64,000 bases of DNA from Myxococcota bacterium (GCA_041687695.1 JAWLBL010000003.1:247660-311659); one strand, 5' to 3'. Shown: positions 33,547 to 45,504, numbered from the stretch's first letter. The notes: a model not told the origin generated them from the sequence alone. Numbers and translations: made by a program.

Positions 33547-35211
33547 ATGAAGCACACACGGTCCAGGGTTGGACGCTGGGGGGCGGCCGCGGCGTTGGTC
33601 TGCGCGTCCGTCTGGACGTCGGCCTGCGGGGGCGGCGCCGCGGCGCCGGCGAGCGACGACGCCAAGGTCACAGACGACGTCTACGCCGAGCTCGTTCCGG
33701 CCGCGCCGGTGCTCACCCGGCTGACGCAGGCGCAGTACCGCAACGCCGTCCGTGATCTCCTCGGGGACGATCTGGCGCTGCCGGCCACCCTCGAGCCCGA
33801 CGCCGCCGCGGACGGGCTGCTGGCCGCCGGCGCCGCCGTGACGACCGTCTCCCCGCGTGGCGCCGAGCTGTACGAGGAGGCCGCGCTGAGCCTGGCTCGC
33901 CAGGCCACCGAGACGCCCGAGCGGCGCGCGCGCGTCCTGCCGTGCGAGCCCACCGCCGAGTCGATGCCCTGCTTCGGCCAGTTCATCGCCGACGTGGGCC
34001 GTCGCGCCTGGCGCCGCCCGCTGACCTCGGACGAGATCGCCGCCTTCGAGCTGCTCGCCGGCGACGCGGCCCAGGCGTTCCCGGACGACCCGGTCGCGCC
34101 CTTCACCTGGGCGCTGGCGGGCCTCATGCAGTCCCCGCACTTCCTCTACCGCGTCGAGGCCGGCGAGCCGGACCCCGAGGCGCCCGGCGCCCGCCGCCTG
34201 AGCGCCTTCGAGCTGGCGACGCGCCTGGCCTTCTTCTTGTGGAACGCCCCGCCGGACGAGGCGCTGCTGGCGGCCGCCGAAGCCGGCGACCTCGACACCG
34301 CCGACGGCCTGGTCGCCCAGGTCGATCGCCTGCTGGCCGCCGACCGCGCGCGCGAGGGCGTCCGCAGCTTCGTCTCGGACTGGCTGCATCTGCACCAGCT
34401 GCCGGAGCTGAAGAAGGACCCCAACGTCTTCAAGCACTTCAGCCCGGATCTCGCCGCCGCCGCGCGCGAGGAGACCCTGCGCGTCGCCGAGCACATCGTC
34501 TTCGAGCGCGAGGGCGACCTGGGCGAGCTGTTCACGACCCGCACGACCTTCATCAACCGGCGCCTCGCCGCCATCTACGACATCCCGGCGCCCGTGCTCG
34601 AGGGCTTCGGCCAGACCGAGCTGCCCGCCGACGGCCCGCGCCGCGGCCTGCTGGGCCACGTCAGCTTCCTGGGGCTGCACTCGCACCCGACGTCGTCGTC
34701 GGCCACGCTGCGCGGCATCTTCCTGCGCGAGACGCTGCTGTGCGACATGGTCCCGGACCCGCCGTCGGACCTGAACACGGCCATCCCCGAGCCCTCGCCC
34801 GACGCGCCGACCCTGCGCGATCGCCTGCAGGTGCACCTCGAGGACCCGATGTGCGCGAGCTGCCACCGCCTGACCGATCCGGTGGGCCTCGGCTTCGAGC
34901 CGTTCGACGGAATGGGGCGCGTGCGCGCGACCGAGAACGGCGTGCCGATCGACCCGACCGGGGACCTCGACGGCGTCGCCTTCGCCGACCCGGCCGAGCT
35001 GGCCGCCGCCGTCGCCGCCAGCCCCAAGCTCACCGCCTGCTTCGTGAAGAAGATGTACACCTACGCCGTCGCGCGCCCGACCGAGCCCGGCGAGCAGGGG
35101 CAGCTGGCGGCGCTCACCGACGCCTTCGAGGCCGACGGGCGGCGCGTGCTGGGGCTGATGCGGGCCGTGGCGATCAGCGAAGGCTTCCGCCGCGTCGGGG
35201 AGGTGCAGTGA
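33547..35211 (+). CDS. DUF1587/1595/1592/1588/1585-type lipoprotein with CxxCH motif
   Basis: Lipobox-like WTSAC; RLTQAQYRNAVRDLLG, RAWRRPL, SPHFLYR, ELATRLAFFLW..PD, RRGLL, T.RG, CASCH..DPVGLGFEPFDGMG. Confidence 0.88.
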   Translation: MKHTRSRVGRWGAAAALVCASVWTSACGGGAAAPASDDAKVTDDVYAELVPAAPVLTRLTQAQYRNAVRDLLGDDLALPATLEPDAAADGLLAAGAAVTTVSPRGAELYEEAALSLARQATETPERRARVLPCEPTAESMPCFGQFIADVGRRAWRRPLTSDEIAAFELLAGDAAQAFPDDPVAPFTWALAGLMQSPHFLYRVEAGEPDPEAPGARRLSAFELATRLAFFLWNAPPDEALLAAAEAGDLDTADGLVAQVDRLLAADRAREGVRSFVSDWLHLHQLPELKKDPNVFKHFSPDLAAAAREETLRVAEHIVFEREGDLGELFTTRTTFINRRLAAIYDIPAPVLEGFGQTELPADGPRRGLLGHVSFLGLHSHPTSSSATLRGIFLRETLLCDMVPDPPSDLNTAIPEPSPDAPTLRDRLQVHLEDPMCASCHRLTDPVGLGFEPFDGMGRVRATENGVPIDPTGDLDGVAFADPAELAAAVAASPKLTACFVKKMYTYAVARPTEPGEQGQLAALTDAFEADGRRVLGLMRAVAISEGFRRVGEVQ

Positions 35212-36551
35212 TGGGACGCGGTACGCGCTTGACCCGCCGGACCCTGCTCAAGGGCCTGCTCGGCGGCTCGGTGGTGACGCTGGGGCTGCCGGCGCTCGAG
35301 CTCTTCTTCGACCCGACGCGGACCGCCCGCGCGCAGGGCGGGGGTGGCGACTCGGGCTTCCCGCGGCGCTTCGGCCTGTTCTTCTGGGGCAACGGCATCC
35401 TCCCCGAGCGCTGGGTGCCGACCGGCGAGGGCGACGCCTGGGCCCTGTCCGAGCAGCTGGCGCCGCTGGCCGGCCTCGAGGACGTCCTCACCATCGTCAG
35501 CGGCACCAAGCTGGGCGTCCCCAACACGTCGCCGCACTTCGCCGGCGCCGCGGGCATCCTCAGCGGCGCCCCGGTCGGGGACGCCTACGGCGAGAACACC
35601 TTCATCCTGCCCAGCATCGACCAGGTCGTCGCGGCCAAGCTGGGCGAGCTGACGCGGTTCCGCTCGCTCGAGTTCGGCGCCAACCCCGGCCCGGGCCTGA
35701 GCTTCAACGGCCCGAGCAGCCGCAACCCGCCCGAGAAGTCCCCGTTCGCGCTGTTCGAGCGCGTCTTCGGCGCCGGCTTCACCCTGCCGGGCGAGGAGCC
35801 CATCGTCGACCCCAGCCTGGGCCTTCGGCGCAGCATTCTGGACGCCGTCATGGGCGACATCGCCGGCCTGCAGCAGCGCGTGGGCGCCGCCGACCGCGAG
35901 CGCTTGGAGCAGCACTTCGAGGGCATCCGCGGGCTGGAGAAGCGCCTGGCCAAGCTCGAAGAGGACCCGCCGAACCTGGCCGCCTGCGCCCTGCCCACCG
36001 AGCCGCTCGCGGACTATCCCGACGTCGAGGGGCGGCCCAAGCTGCAGGAGAAGAACGCCGCCTTCGCCGAGATCGCCGCCTTTGCCCTGGCCTGTGACCA
36101 GACCCGCGTCTTCAGCAACTGGTTCACCTATCCGGTCAACAACACGCTGTTCGCGGGCGCGCCGTCGGGGCACCACCAGCTGACCCACGACGAGCCCGAC
36201 CCGCAGCCCGAGGTGCACAAGATCGTGCTGCAGTGCATCGAGGCGCTGGCGACGCAGATTAGAGCGCTGCGCGCGGTGCCCGAGGGCGACGGGACGCTGC
36301 TGGACCACATGGTCCTGCTGGGCACCAGCGACGTGTCGCTGGGCAAGACGCACTCGCTCGAGGAGTTCCCGCTGGTGCTGGCCGGCGGGTGCAGCGGGCG
36401 CCTGGTGACCGGCCATCACTACCGCTCGCCGTCCAGCGAGAACGCCAGCAAGGTCTTGCTGAGCGTCATCCGGGCGGTGGGCCTCGACGCCGCGTCCTAC
36501 GGGGATCAAGGCGGGCAGGCGACCGAGGGCCTGTCGGCCATCGAGGTGTAG
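35211..36551 (+). CDS. DUF1552-type protein with Tat signal
   Basis: TRRTLLKG, LGLPALE, LSEQLAPL, SIDQVVA, ALACDQTRV, HHQLTH, EGDGTLLD; ATG overlaps previous stop. Confidence 0.88.
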   Translation: MGRGTRLTRRTLLKGLLGGSVVTLGLPALELFFDPTRTARAQGGGGDSGFPRRFGLFFWGNGILPERWVPTGEGDAWALSEQLAPLAGLEDVLTIVSGTKLGVPNTSPHFAGAAGILSGAPVGDAYGENTFILPSIDQVVAAKLGELTRFRSLEFGANPGPGLSFNGPSSRNPPEKSPFALFERVFGAGFTLPGEEPIVDPSLGLRRSILDAVMGDIAGLQQRVGAADRERLEQHFEGIRGLEKRLAKLEEDPPNLAACALPTEPLADYPDVEGRPKLQEKNAAFAEIAAFALACDQTRVFSNWFTYPVNNTLFAGAPSGHHQLTHDEPDPQPEVHKIVLQCIEALATQIRALRAVPEGDGTLLDHMVLLGTSDVSLGKTHSLEEFPLVLAGGCSGRLVTGHHYRSPSSENASKVLLSVIRAVGLDAASYGDQGGQATEGLSAIEV

Positions 36552-36552
36552 C

Positions 36553-37488
36553 ATGCGAATCGCGAGCAAGACCCGAGCAGCGCTCGTCCTGGGCAGCGCG
36601 TTGGCGCTGGCGGCCTGCGAATCCGAGCCGACCGACGCCGTCACCGACGCCGGCCAGGACGTCGCCGCCGACCAGGACGAGGTCGCCGAGGCGGACATCG
36701 AGCCGGGGCCGCCGGCGCCGCGGGTGTTCGTCATCGACACCATGGGCTTCGCCACCGAGACCGAGCCGGGCGTGGCCAAGGGGTTCAACCTGGACGGCCA
36801 GGTCAGCGACGGGTCGGACCCGGAGACCTGCGGACACGGCGACTTCACGTCGCCCGAGGGCGAGCCCGGCGTCGACAACACGCTGGCGACCCTGGTGCCG
36901 CTGTTCGAGCTGACCGGCCTGGGCGCCGCCGAGGGCCTCATCCAGAGCACCATCGACGAGGGCGGCATCCTGCTGATGTGGCAGGTCGACGGCGTCGACG
37001 ACCCGGTGAACGACGACGCGGTCAGCGTGATGGTGCGGGCGGGCGAGGGCGTGCCGCTGCTGGGCACCGACGGCCTGCTGCTGGCCGGCCAGACCTTCGG
37101 GCTGCACCCCGACTCGCCGGACAGCCGCTCGGACGACGCGAGCATCGAGGACGGCGTGCTGTTCGCCGGCCCGTTCACGTTGCGGCTGCCGCTGGTCGTC
37201 TTCGGCGTCAGGTACGAGCTGACCTTCCACGACGCCTACCTGCGGGCGCGCTGGACCGAGGACGGGCGCCTGGTCGACGGCGTCCTGGGCGGGGCCGTGC
37301 CTTACGGCGACCTCATCAAGGTCGGCGAGCTGGCGGCGCAGGACGACGCGTCGGTGTTGCCGGCCATCGAGCTGGTCTTCGGCGGCGCGATGGACATGGC
37401 CCCGGACGACGAGGGCGTCTGCACGCGCCTGTCCGGGGCCTTCCAGTTCACGGCGGTGTCGGCGTTCCTGCTGGGGCAGCCCGAGTAG
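36553..37488 (+). CDS. Acidic lipoprotein, hypothetical
   Basis: Lipobox LAAC; GFNLDG..C.HGDF..G.PGVDN; starts 1 bp after the DUF1552 gene. Confidence 0.75.
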   Translation: MRIASKTRAALVLGSALALAACESEPTDAVTDAGQDVAADQDEVAEADIEPGPPAPRVFVIDTMGFATETEPGVAKGFNLDGQVSDGSDPETCGHGDFTSPEGEPGVDNTLATLVPLFELTGLGAAEGLIQSTIDEGGILLMWQVDGVDDPVNDDAVSVMVRAGEGVPLLGTDGLLLAGQTFGLHPDSPDSRSDDASIEDGVLFAGPFTLRLPLVVFGVRYELTFHDAYLRARWTEDGRLVDGVLGGAVPYGDLIKVGELAAQDDASVLPAIELVFGGAMDMAPDDEGVCTRLSGAFQFTAVSAFLLGQPE

Positions 37489-37510
37489 CGGCCCCTGCGC
37501 TGGGCGGCCG

Positions 37511-38968
37511 TCAGCCCAGCGCGGCGATGGCGGCGCGGATGCGGGCCTGCACGCGCGCCTTGCCCAGGGTCTCCATCGTCTCGAACAGCGGCGGGGTGGC
37601 CGTGCGGCCGGTCACCGCGACGCGCACCGGCATGAAGAGATCGCGCACGTGCCAGCCCAGGGCCTCGCACTGCTGGCGCAGGGCCGCCTCGATGGCGTCC
37701 TTGGTCCAGGCGCGCAGGCCGTCGATGGTCTCGGCCGTGGCCTTCAGCGCCTTTTGCACCTCGGCCTTGTCCTTCTTCTTCTTGGGCAGCAGGGCCTCGG
37801 GGTCGAGCTGGAAGTCGTCGCCGAAGAAGAAGGCCGTCATCGGCACGAACTCGTCGAGCCTGCTGATGCGCTCTTTGACCAGCGGCGCCAGCTGCAAGAG
37901 ATACTCACGGTTGAGCAGCCAGCCTTGCAGACGGTCGACCAGCTGATCGTCGGTCAGCTCGCGCAGGTACAGGCCGTTGAGCCAGAACAGCTTGTCGAGG
38001 CCGAAGACCGGGCCGGCCAGGCTGATGCGGTCGAAGGTGAAGCTCTCGATCATCTCGTCGAGGGTGAACTTCTCGGCCTCGTTGGGCATCGACCAGCCCA
38101 TGCGGCCCAGGAAGTTCAGCATCGCCTCGGGCAGGACGCCCGCGCGCTGGTAGAACTCGAGGCTGACGGGGTTCTTGCGCTTGCTGATCTTGCTCTTGTC
38201 CTCGTTGCGCAGCAGCGGCATGTGCACGAAGACCGGCGGCTCCCAGCCGAAGGCCTGGTAGAGCAGCACGTGCTTGGGCGTCGACGGGATCCACTCCTCG
38301 GCCCGGATGACGTGCGTGATGTCCATCAGCTTGTCGTCGACGACGTTCGCCAGGTGATAGGTCGGGAACCCGTCGGACTTCAGCAGGATCTGGTCGTCCA
38401 GCTCGGCGTTGTCGATGGTGATCTCGCCGCGCAGCCCGTCGACGATGGTGGTCTTGCCCTCGGTCGGCATCTTCAGGCGCACCACGAAGGGCTGCCCCTC
38501 GGCCAGGCGCCGCTCGACCTCGTCCGGGCTGCAGTCGCGGAAGCGCCGGTCGTAGCCCAGCCGCTCGCCCTTGGCCTTCTGCTGCTCGCGCATCTGCTCG
38601 AGCTCCTCGGCCGTCGCGAAGCAGCGGTAGGCGTGGCCCGAGTCGATGAGCCGCTGCGCGTGCTCGCGGTACAGCTCGGTGCGCTCGCTCTGCCGATAGG
38701 GCGCGCACGGGCCGCCCACGTCCGGGCCCTCGTCCCAGGTCAGCCCCGCCCAGCGCAGGCTGCGGTAGATGGCCTCCTCGCTCTCGCGCGTCGAGCGGGT
38801 CTGGTCGGTGTCCTCGATGCGCAGGATGAACTGCCCGCCGTGCTTTTTGGCGAACACCATGTTGAACAGGCCGATGTAGGCGGTCCCGACGTGCGGGTCG
38901 CCGGTCGGGCTGGGGGCGATGCGGACGCGGACGGGGCGGTCGGTCGGGACGGGGATCTCGGCGGGCAT
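37511..38968 (-). CDS. gltX: Glutamate--tRNA ligase
   Basis: [46 protein letters not shown]. Confidence 0.98.
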   Translation of the reverse strand: MPAEIPVPTDRPVRVRIAPSPTGDPHVGTAYIGLFNMVFAKKHGGQFILRIEDTDQTRSTRESEEAIYRSLRWAGLTWDEGPDVGGPCAPYRQSERTELYREHAQRLIDSGHAYRCFATAEELEQMREQQKAKGERLGYDRRFRDCSPDEVERRLAEGQPFVVRLKMPTEGKTTIVDGLRGEITIDNAELDDQILLKSDGFPTYHLANVVDDKLMDITHVIRAEEWIPSTPKHVLLYQAFGWEPPVFVHMPLLRNEDKSKISKRKNPVSLEFYQRAGVLPEAMLNFLGRMGWSMPNEAEKFTLDEMIESFTFDRISLAGPVFGLDKLFWLNGLYLRELTDDQLVDRLQGWLLNREYLLQLAPLVKERISRLDEFVPMTAFFFGDDFQLDPEALLPKKKKDKAEVQKALKATAETIDGLRAWTKDAIEAALRQQCEALGWHVRDLFMPVRVAVTGRTATPPLFETMETLGKARVQARIRAAIAALG

Positions 38969-39025
38969 GGTCGGGACCTATCGCGAGCGGGTCGGGGGTG
39001 GGGAAGGCGGGATGGCCGGGCGGCG

Positions 39026-39697
39026 TCAGGGCGTCGTCTGGGTCTCGAGGGCGGCGATGAGCGCGCCGCGGCGGCTGCAGCGGCAAGCTTCCGCGCGCAG
39101 GATGGCGCGAAAGTCGGCGACGGCCGCCTCGACCTCGTCGTTGATGATGACGTACTCGAAGAGGCGGCAGCGGCCGACCTCGTCGCGGGCGTTGGCCAGG
39201 CGCACGCGCACCTGCTCTTCGTCCTCGGTGCCGCGGCCGCGGAGGCGCCGCTCGAGCTCGTCGAGCGACGGCGGCAGCATGAAGACGGACACGGCCTCGG
39301 GGTAGGCGCGCAGCAGGTTCTCGGCGCCCTGCACGTCGACGTCGAACAGCACGTGGCGCCCGGCGGCGGTCAGGCGCTCGATCTCGGCGTGGCTGGTGCC
39401 GTAGCGGCGCGTGTGGACCCACGCCCACTCGGCGAAGGCGCCCTCGTCGACCATCTGCTGAAAGCGCGCGTCGTCCACGAACCAGTAGTCGACGCCGTCC
39501 TGCTCGTGCGGGCGCGGCGGGCGCGTCGTGTGGCTGACGCTGAAGGCCAGGCGCGGCTCGACCTCGAGCAGCCGCTTGGTCACGGTCGACTTGCCGGTGC
39601 CGCTGGGCGCGGTCAGGACGATCAGCAGGCCGCGAGCCTGCGGCGCCGGCCCGGTCGCGGGCGCGGCGTCGTCAGGCGATGTTCTGGACCTGCTCAC
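39026..39697 (-). CDS. gmk: Guanylate kinase
   Basis: APSGTGKST, SVSHTTRPPR..E.DGVDY, YGT, DVDVQGA, LPPSLDELERRL. Confidence 0.97.
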   Translation of the reverse strand: MSRSRTSPDDAAPATGPAPQARGLLIVLTAPSGTGKSTVTKRLLEVEPRLAFSVSHTTRPPRPHEQDGVDYWFVDDARFQQMVDEGAFAEWAWVHTRRYGTSHAEIERLTAAGRHVLFDVDVQGAENLLRAYPEAVSVFMLPPSLDELERRLRGRGTEDEEQVRVRLANARDEVGRCRLFEYVIINDEVEAAVADFRAILRAEACRCSRRGALIAALETQTTP

Positions 39698-40564
39698 GGA
39701 CCTTCTCCAGCTCGACCTTGGCGTCCACCACGCTCGAGGCCATGCCCGCGTCGCGGCACTTGGACCCGACCGTGTTGAACTCGCGCAGCAGCTCCTGGCT
39801 GAGGAAGTCCAGCCGCTTGCCCCGCTCGATGTCCTCGCCCTCGGTGCCCTCGATGAGGGCCTGGAAGCGGTCGAGGTGCGCCCGCGCGCGGACGATCTCC
39901 TCGGTCACGTCCGATCGGTCCGCGAAGGCCACCAGCTCGGTCGCGAGCCGCCCCGGGTCCAGCTCGAGCCCGGTCGCCTTCTGCGCGTCGGCCAGGCGCT
40001 GCTGCAGGCGCGCCTCGTAGGCGGCGTAGACCTTGGGCGCCGCCTCCTCGATGCTGGCCAGAAAGCCCCGCAGCGCCTGCAGACGCGCCAGCATGTCCGC
40101 CGCCAGGTGCCGCCCCTCGTCCAGGCGCATCCCGACCAGCTGGTCCAGCGCCTGCGCCAGCCCCTGCCGCAGCCCCTCGCTCAGCGCCTCGGGCGCGACC
40201 TGGTGCTCGGTCACCTGGATGAAGTCGCCGTGGCGCAGGACCAGCTCGAGCCCCGGGTCCGGCGCCTCGACCGCCCGCGCCAGCGCCTGCAGCGAGTCCA
40301 TCAGCTGCCGCGCCCCCTCGACGTCGACCGTCACCTCGCGCCGCCGCGCGCCCTCCGCCTCGCGGCTCACGTAGACGTCGATGGACCCGCGGCCCAGCCG
40401 CTCGCCGATGAGGCGCGTCGCCTCGGACTCGGCGTGCGCCAGCTCGCTCGGCGCCTTGAAGCGCACGTGCAGCCCGCGGTGGTTCACGCTGCGGACCTCG
40501 ACCCGGAAGGTCTGGTCCTCGGCGACGAAGGTGCCGGCGCCGTAGCCGGTCATGCTCATCAAGC

Positions 40565-40568
<4 letters not shown>
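39672..40568 (-). CDS. yicC: YicC/YloC family endoribonuclease
   Basis: SMTGYG, EVRSVNHR, DVTEEIVR, GKRLDFLSQELLREFNTVGSK, ELEKVREQVQNI. Confidence 0.95.
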
Positions 40569-41499
<931 letters not shown>

Positions 41500-41503
<4 letters not shown>

Positions 41504-42900
41504 GCCCGGCCCCCTTCAGTCTCGGCGGCGACCTGGCCGGCCCAGCCCTCGAGGAGGCCCAGGTCGTCCATCAGGTCGAAGGCGACGTAGCGGTTGCGGA
41601 TGTGGCGGCAGACGATGAGCGTGTGCTCGAGGCGGCCGCGGTCCACGCCGATTTGACTGGCGCGCGTCGGGCAGCCGGCCTCTTCCAGGGCCTGCGTGAT
41701 GCGCTGCGAGGGCATCAGCACCTGTCGCAGCCGCCCGGTGATCTCGCCCCAGCGCGCCTTGACGTCGCTCAGCTCGGCCTCGAGCTCGGCGCCGTGCTTC
41801 TGCTTGCCGCGCAGCTGCTGCTTGATCTCCTCGCGTACCGGCGGGGTCATGCCGGGGTGCAGCACGTCCAGCGCCTCGATCCAGGCCGGCGTCGCGCGGC
41901 GGGCGGCCAGTCCCGAAGGGTCGATGGCCTCGGCGGGCAGGGCGACCAGCCGCTCGAACAGCAGCGCCGACAGGCGGGTCGCGATGCCGACCTGGGTGCC
42001 GTGTAGGGCCAACAGGTGCCCGCCCTGGCAGTGCTGCTCCATGTCCCAGTAGTGGCTGACCAGGTGCTCGCTGCCCGAGGCGGGCGCCGAGCTGCCGGCC
42101 ATGGCCATCGAGAAGCCGGAGAGCAGGATGCACTCCATCAAGATGGTCAGGCCCTCGGGCTGGCCCTCGCCGATGGCGTGGGCCGAGGCGAGCAGGCGCG
42201 GGAAGGCGGCGTCGAGCAGCTCGGCCGGCTCGTTCAGGTAGGGAACGTCGCGGACGAGCGAGCTGAGGACCCAGTCGGCGTTGCTGTAGGGCTTGCTGAG
42301 CAGATCGCCGAAGCCGGCCAGGGTCAGGTGCGTCGGCGCGGTGCGGTAGACGTCGACGTCGGCGAAGACGGCCTCGGGCTGCTGGGCGGACAGGGTGCGC
42401 TTGACGCCGCGCGACAGGACCGCCGCGATGTTCGACGTGTAGCCGTTCATGCTGGCGGCGGTCGGGACCACCTGATAGGGGCGGCCGACCTGGGTGCTGG
42501 CCGACTTCACGATGTCGTTGACCGTCCCGGCGCCGACGGCGATGGGGTTCAAGCGATCGCTGGCGGTCAGCAGCGTGCGGACGGCCTCGATGACGCCGTC
42601 CTCGCAGACCAGCTCGTCGTGGCCGTGCTGCGGCTCGAGGACGAGGCGGCGCGGGGCGCGGCCGGCGGCGCGCAGGGCGGCCTCGACGGTCTGGCCGGCG
42701 GCGGCGAAGGTGGGGCCGTCGCAGACGACGAGATCGGTCGCGCCGGCGTGGTGCTCGGTGACCCACTGGCCGAGGTCGCCGAGGATGCCGGTCCCGAGCG
42801 ACAGGTGGCGGGTGCGGCCCGGGGTGCCGGCGCGGCGGCCGGCCTCGGCGAGCTGGTGGAGCCGTTGGACGGTCGAGGTGGTCGAGTTCGGTGTGGTCAT
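41500..42900 (-). CDS. sn-glycerol-1-phosphate dehydrogenase-like (AraM/EgsA family)
   Basis: AVGAGTVNDIVK, VPTAASMNGYTS, AGFGDLLSK, SSAPASGSEHLVSHYWDM, LHGTQVG; ATG at 42900. Confidence 0.82.
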
Positions 42901-43021
42901 ATCGGGGGCGCACCCTAGCGCGAGGTGGGGTTCGGGTCGAGGGTTATGCAGGGCCCGAGCCGGGTCCTTGCGGCCGGTGAGCAGCGGGCGATTGCTTGAG
43001 GTCACGACCGTACGTAGAGTC

Positions 43022-45244
43022 ATGGCCATGATTGAGCTTCAAGCGGCACCGGCCCCCGCCGCCTCGACCGAGCCGACCGTCCGGGACATCCTGCAGCTGC
43101 TGCGGACCTACCACCCGCACGCGGACCTGAACCTGGTCCAGCGGGCGTTCGTGTTCGCCGAGCAGCACCACCGGCCGCAGCACCGCAAGAGCGGCGACCC
43201 GTACATCGGGCACCCGGTGGCGGTGGCGCACATCCTGTGTGGCATGAAGCTGGACGTGGCGTCGATCTGCGCGGCGCTGCTGCACGACACGGTCGAGGAC
43301 ACGCCGGCGACGCTGGACGACCTGAAGAACGTGTTCTCGGACGAGATCGCCGAGCTGGTCGACGGCGTGACCAAGCTGTCGAAGATCCGGTTCCGGTCGA
43401 GCGAGGAGAAGCAGGCCGAGAACTTCCGCAAGATGCTCATCGCGATGAGCCGGGACATCCGGGTCATCCTGGTCAAGCTGGCCGACCGCGTGCACAACAT
43501 GCGGACCCTGGGCCATCTGCCCGAGAAGAAGGCGGCGGGCATCGCGCGCGAGACGATGGACATCTTCGCGCCCCTGGCGAACCGGCTGGGGCTGGGCGCC
43601 ATCAAGATGGAGCTCGAGGACCTCTCGTTCCGCTACCTGCACCCCGAGGAGTTCGCCGAGCTGCGCGACAAGGTCGCCTCGCGGCTCAACGAGCGGCGCG
43701 ACTACATCGAGCGCGTGGTCGAGGATCTGCGCGGGACGCTCGAGGGCGAGGGCATCGAGGTCGAGGTCACCGGGCGCCCCAAGCACTTCTGGTCCATCCA
43801 CAGGAAGATGCAGAACCAGCGGGTCGCCTTCGAGAAGATCTACGACATCATGGCCTTCCGGGTCATCGTGGCCAAGCAGTCGCAGTGCTACCACGCGCTG
43901 GGCATCATCCACGAGCGCTGGCGGCCGGTGCCGGGGCGGTTCAAGGACTACATCGCGCTGCCCAAGCCGAACAAGTACCAGAGCCTGCACACGACGGTCA
44001 TCGGGCCCGAGGGGCAGCAGATCGAGGTGCAGATCCGGACCGAGGCCATGCACCGCGTGGCCGAGGGCGGCATCGCGGCGCACTGGCGCTACAAAGAGGG
44101 CAGCCGGCGCATCGAGCCCAAGGACGAAGAGCGCTTCGAGTGGCTCAAGCGCCTGATGGAGTGGCAGCAGGAGCTGGACGACCCCTCCGAGTTCCTCGAG
44201 TCGGTCAAGGTCGAGCTGTTCGCCGACGAGGTCTACACCTTCACGCCGCGCGGCGAGCTGAAGGTCCTGCCCCGCGGCTCGACCCCCATCGACTTCGCCT
44301 ACGCCATCCACTCCGAGGTGGGCAACACCTGCAGCGGCGCCATCGTCAACGGCTCCATCGTCCCGCTCAACACGCGCCTGCACAACGGCGACACGGTCGA
44401 GATCATCACGAGCCGCAACCAGCACCCCTCCAAGGACTGGCTGAAGTTCGTCCAGACCAACCGCGCCAGGAACCGCATCAAGGCCATCGTCCGCAAAGAG
44501 CAGCGCGAGCGCTCCATGGAGCTCGGCGAGCAGCTGCTCGACAAGGAGCTGCGCCGCTACTCGCGCTCCCTCGCCCGCGTCCGCAAGACGCCCGAGTTCA
44601 AGGAGTGCGCCACCCAGCACGGCTTCGACGACCCCGAGGAGCTCATCGTCCAGGTCGGCGCGGGTAACCTCACCGCCGAGACCATCGTCTCCTCCGTCCT
44701 GCCGCCCGACAAGACCGCCAAGCCCAAGCCGGTCCAGCCGGCGCCCGGCAACCCCATCACCCGCTTCATCCGTCGCGTCACCGGCGCCCCCTCCGGCGTC
44801 GTCGTCGACGGCCTCGACGGCGTCAAGCACACCATCGCCAAGTGCTGCTCGCCGGTCCCGGGCGAGCCCATCACCGGCTTCGTCACCCCCGGCCACGTCA
44901 TCTCGGTCCACCGCCGCGGCTGCCTAAACACCCTGGACATGGCGCCCGAGCGCCAGGTCGAGGTCCGCTGGGGCGAGGGCAACCAGGGCTATCCCGTCTG
45001 CCTGAGGGTCGTCACCGAGACCGGCGTCCCGGGCATCCTGACCCGGATGACCAAGGTCTTCAGCGATCTCCGCATCAACATCGACATGGCCAACTGCGCC
45101 GAGGCCACCGACGGCCGCGCCGTGAACGTCTTCCGCTTCCACGCCAAGCACCTGGACGAGCTCAACCAGGTCGTCCGGCGCCTGGGGGCCCTCAAGGGCG
45201 TCTTCACGGTGGAGCGTGTGAGGGACGAGGCGCAGGTTCACTAG
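43022..45244 (+). CDS. rel: Long RelA/SpoT homolog (HD hydrolase, synthetase, TGS, ZFD, ACT)
   Basis: RKSGDPYIGHP, ALLHDTVED, KLADRVHNMRTL, RFKDYI, YQSLHT, EVQIRT, DFAYAIHSEVG, AKCCSPVPG. Confidence 0.97.
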   Translation: MAMIELQAAPAPAASTEPTVRDILQLLRTYHPHADLNLVQRAFVFAEQHHRPQHRKSGDPYIGHPVAVAHILCGMKLDVASICAALLHDTVEDTPATLDDLKNVFSDEIAELVDGVTKLSKIRFRSSEEKQAENFRKMLIAMSRDIRVILVKLADRVHNMRTLGHLPEKKAAGIARETMDIFAPLANRLGLGAIKMELEDLSFRYLHPEEFAELRDKVASRLNERRDYIERVVEDLRGTLEGEGIEVEVTGRPKHFWSIHRKMQNQRVAFEKIYDIMAFRVIVAKQSQCYHALGIIHERWRPVPGRFKDYIALPKPNKYQSLHTTVIGPEGQQIEVQIRTEAMHRVAEGGIAAHWRYKEGSRRIEPKDEERFEWLKRLMEWQQELDDPSEFLESVKVELFADEVYTFTPRGELKVLPRGSTPIDFAYAIHSEVGNTCSGAIVNGSIVPLNTRLHNGDTVEIITSRNQHPSKDWLKFVQTNRARNRIKAIVRKEQRERSMELGEQLLDKELRRYSRSLARVRKTPEFKECATQHGFDDPEELIVQVGAGNLTAETIVSSVLPPDKTAKPKPVQPAPGNPITRFIRRVTGAPSGVVVDGLDGVKHTIAKCCSPVPGEPITGFVTPGHVISVHRRGCLNTLDMAPERQVEVRWGEGNQGYPVCLRVVTETGVPGILTRMTKVFSDLRINIDMANCAEATDGRAVNVFRFHAKHLDELNQVVRRLGALKGVFTVERVRDEAQVH

Positions 45245-45331
45245 ACGGGCGGTGGCAGGGGTGGTCGGGAGGGGCAGACGCTCTGGCTTGGGGGGGTGGG
45301 TGTGGGGGGCGTGGGGGAGGTGGCCAAGGAT

Positions 45332-45504
45332 GCGGGACGCGGTTGAGGGAGAGTCGCGGTAGCCTCCGCTCCGGGCGGCCTCAAGGGCTTTGTCCCCCTT
45401 GGCCGGTCTGCACGGGGGGCGGCGGCGGGACGCGGGACGCGGTTGAGGGAGAGTCGCGGTAGCCTCCGCTCCGGGCGGCCTCAAGGGCTTTGTCCCCCTT
45501 GGCC
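45332..45504. repeat. 73-bp direct duplication of the element tail, 100 bp apart
   Basis: 45332-45404 identical to 45432-45504. Confidence 0.9.

Noticed and set aside
33942..35210. Extended N-termini of track ORFs (also 11244, 28001, 41036, 42494, 53663, 59084, 63687 starts)
   Set aside because: Upstream parts overlap real genes in another frame or strand; internal starts with RBS or stop/start overlap fit better, so these are not fusions
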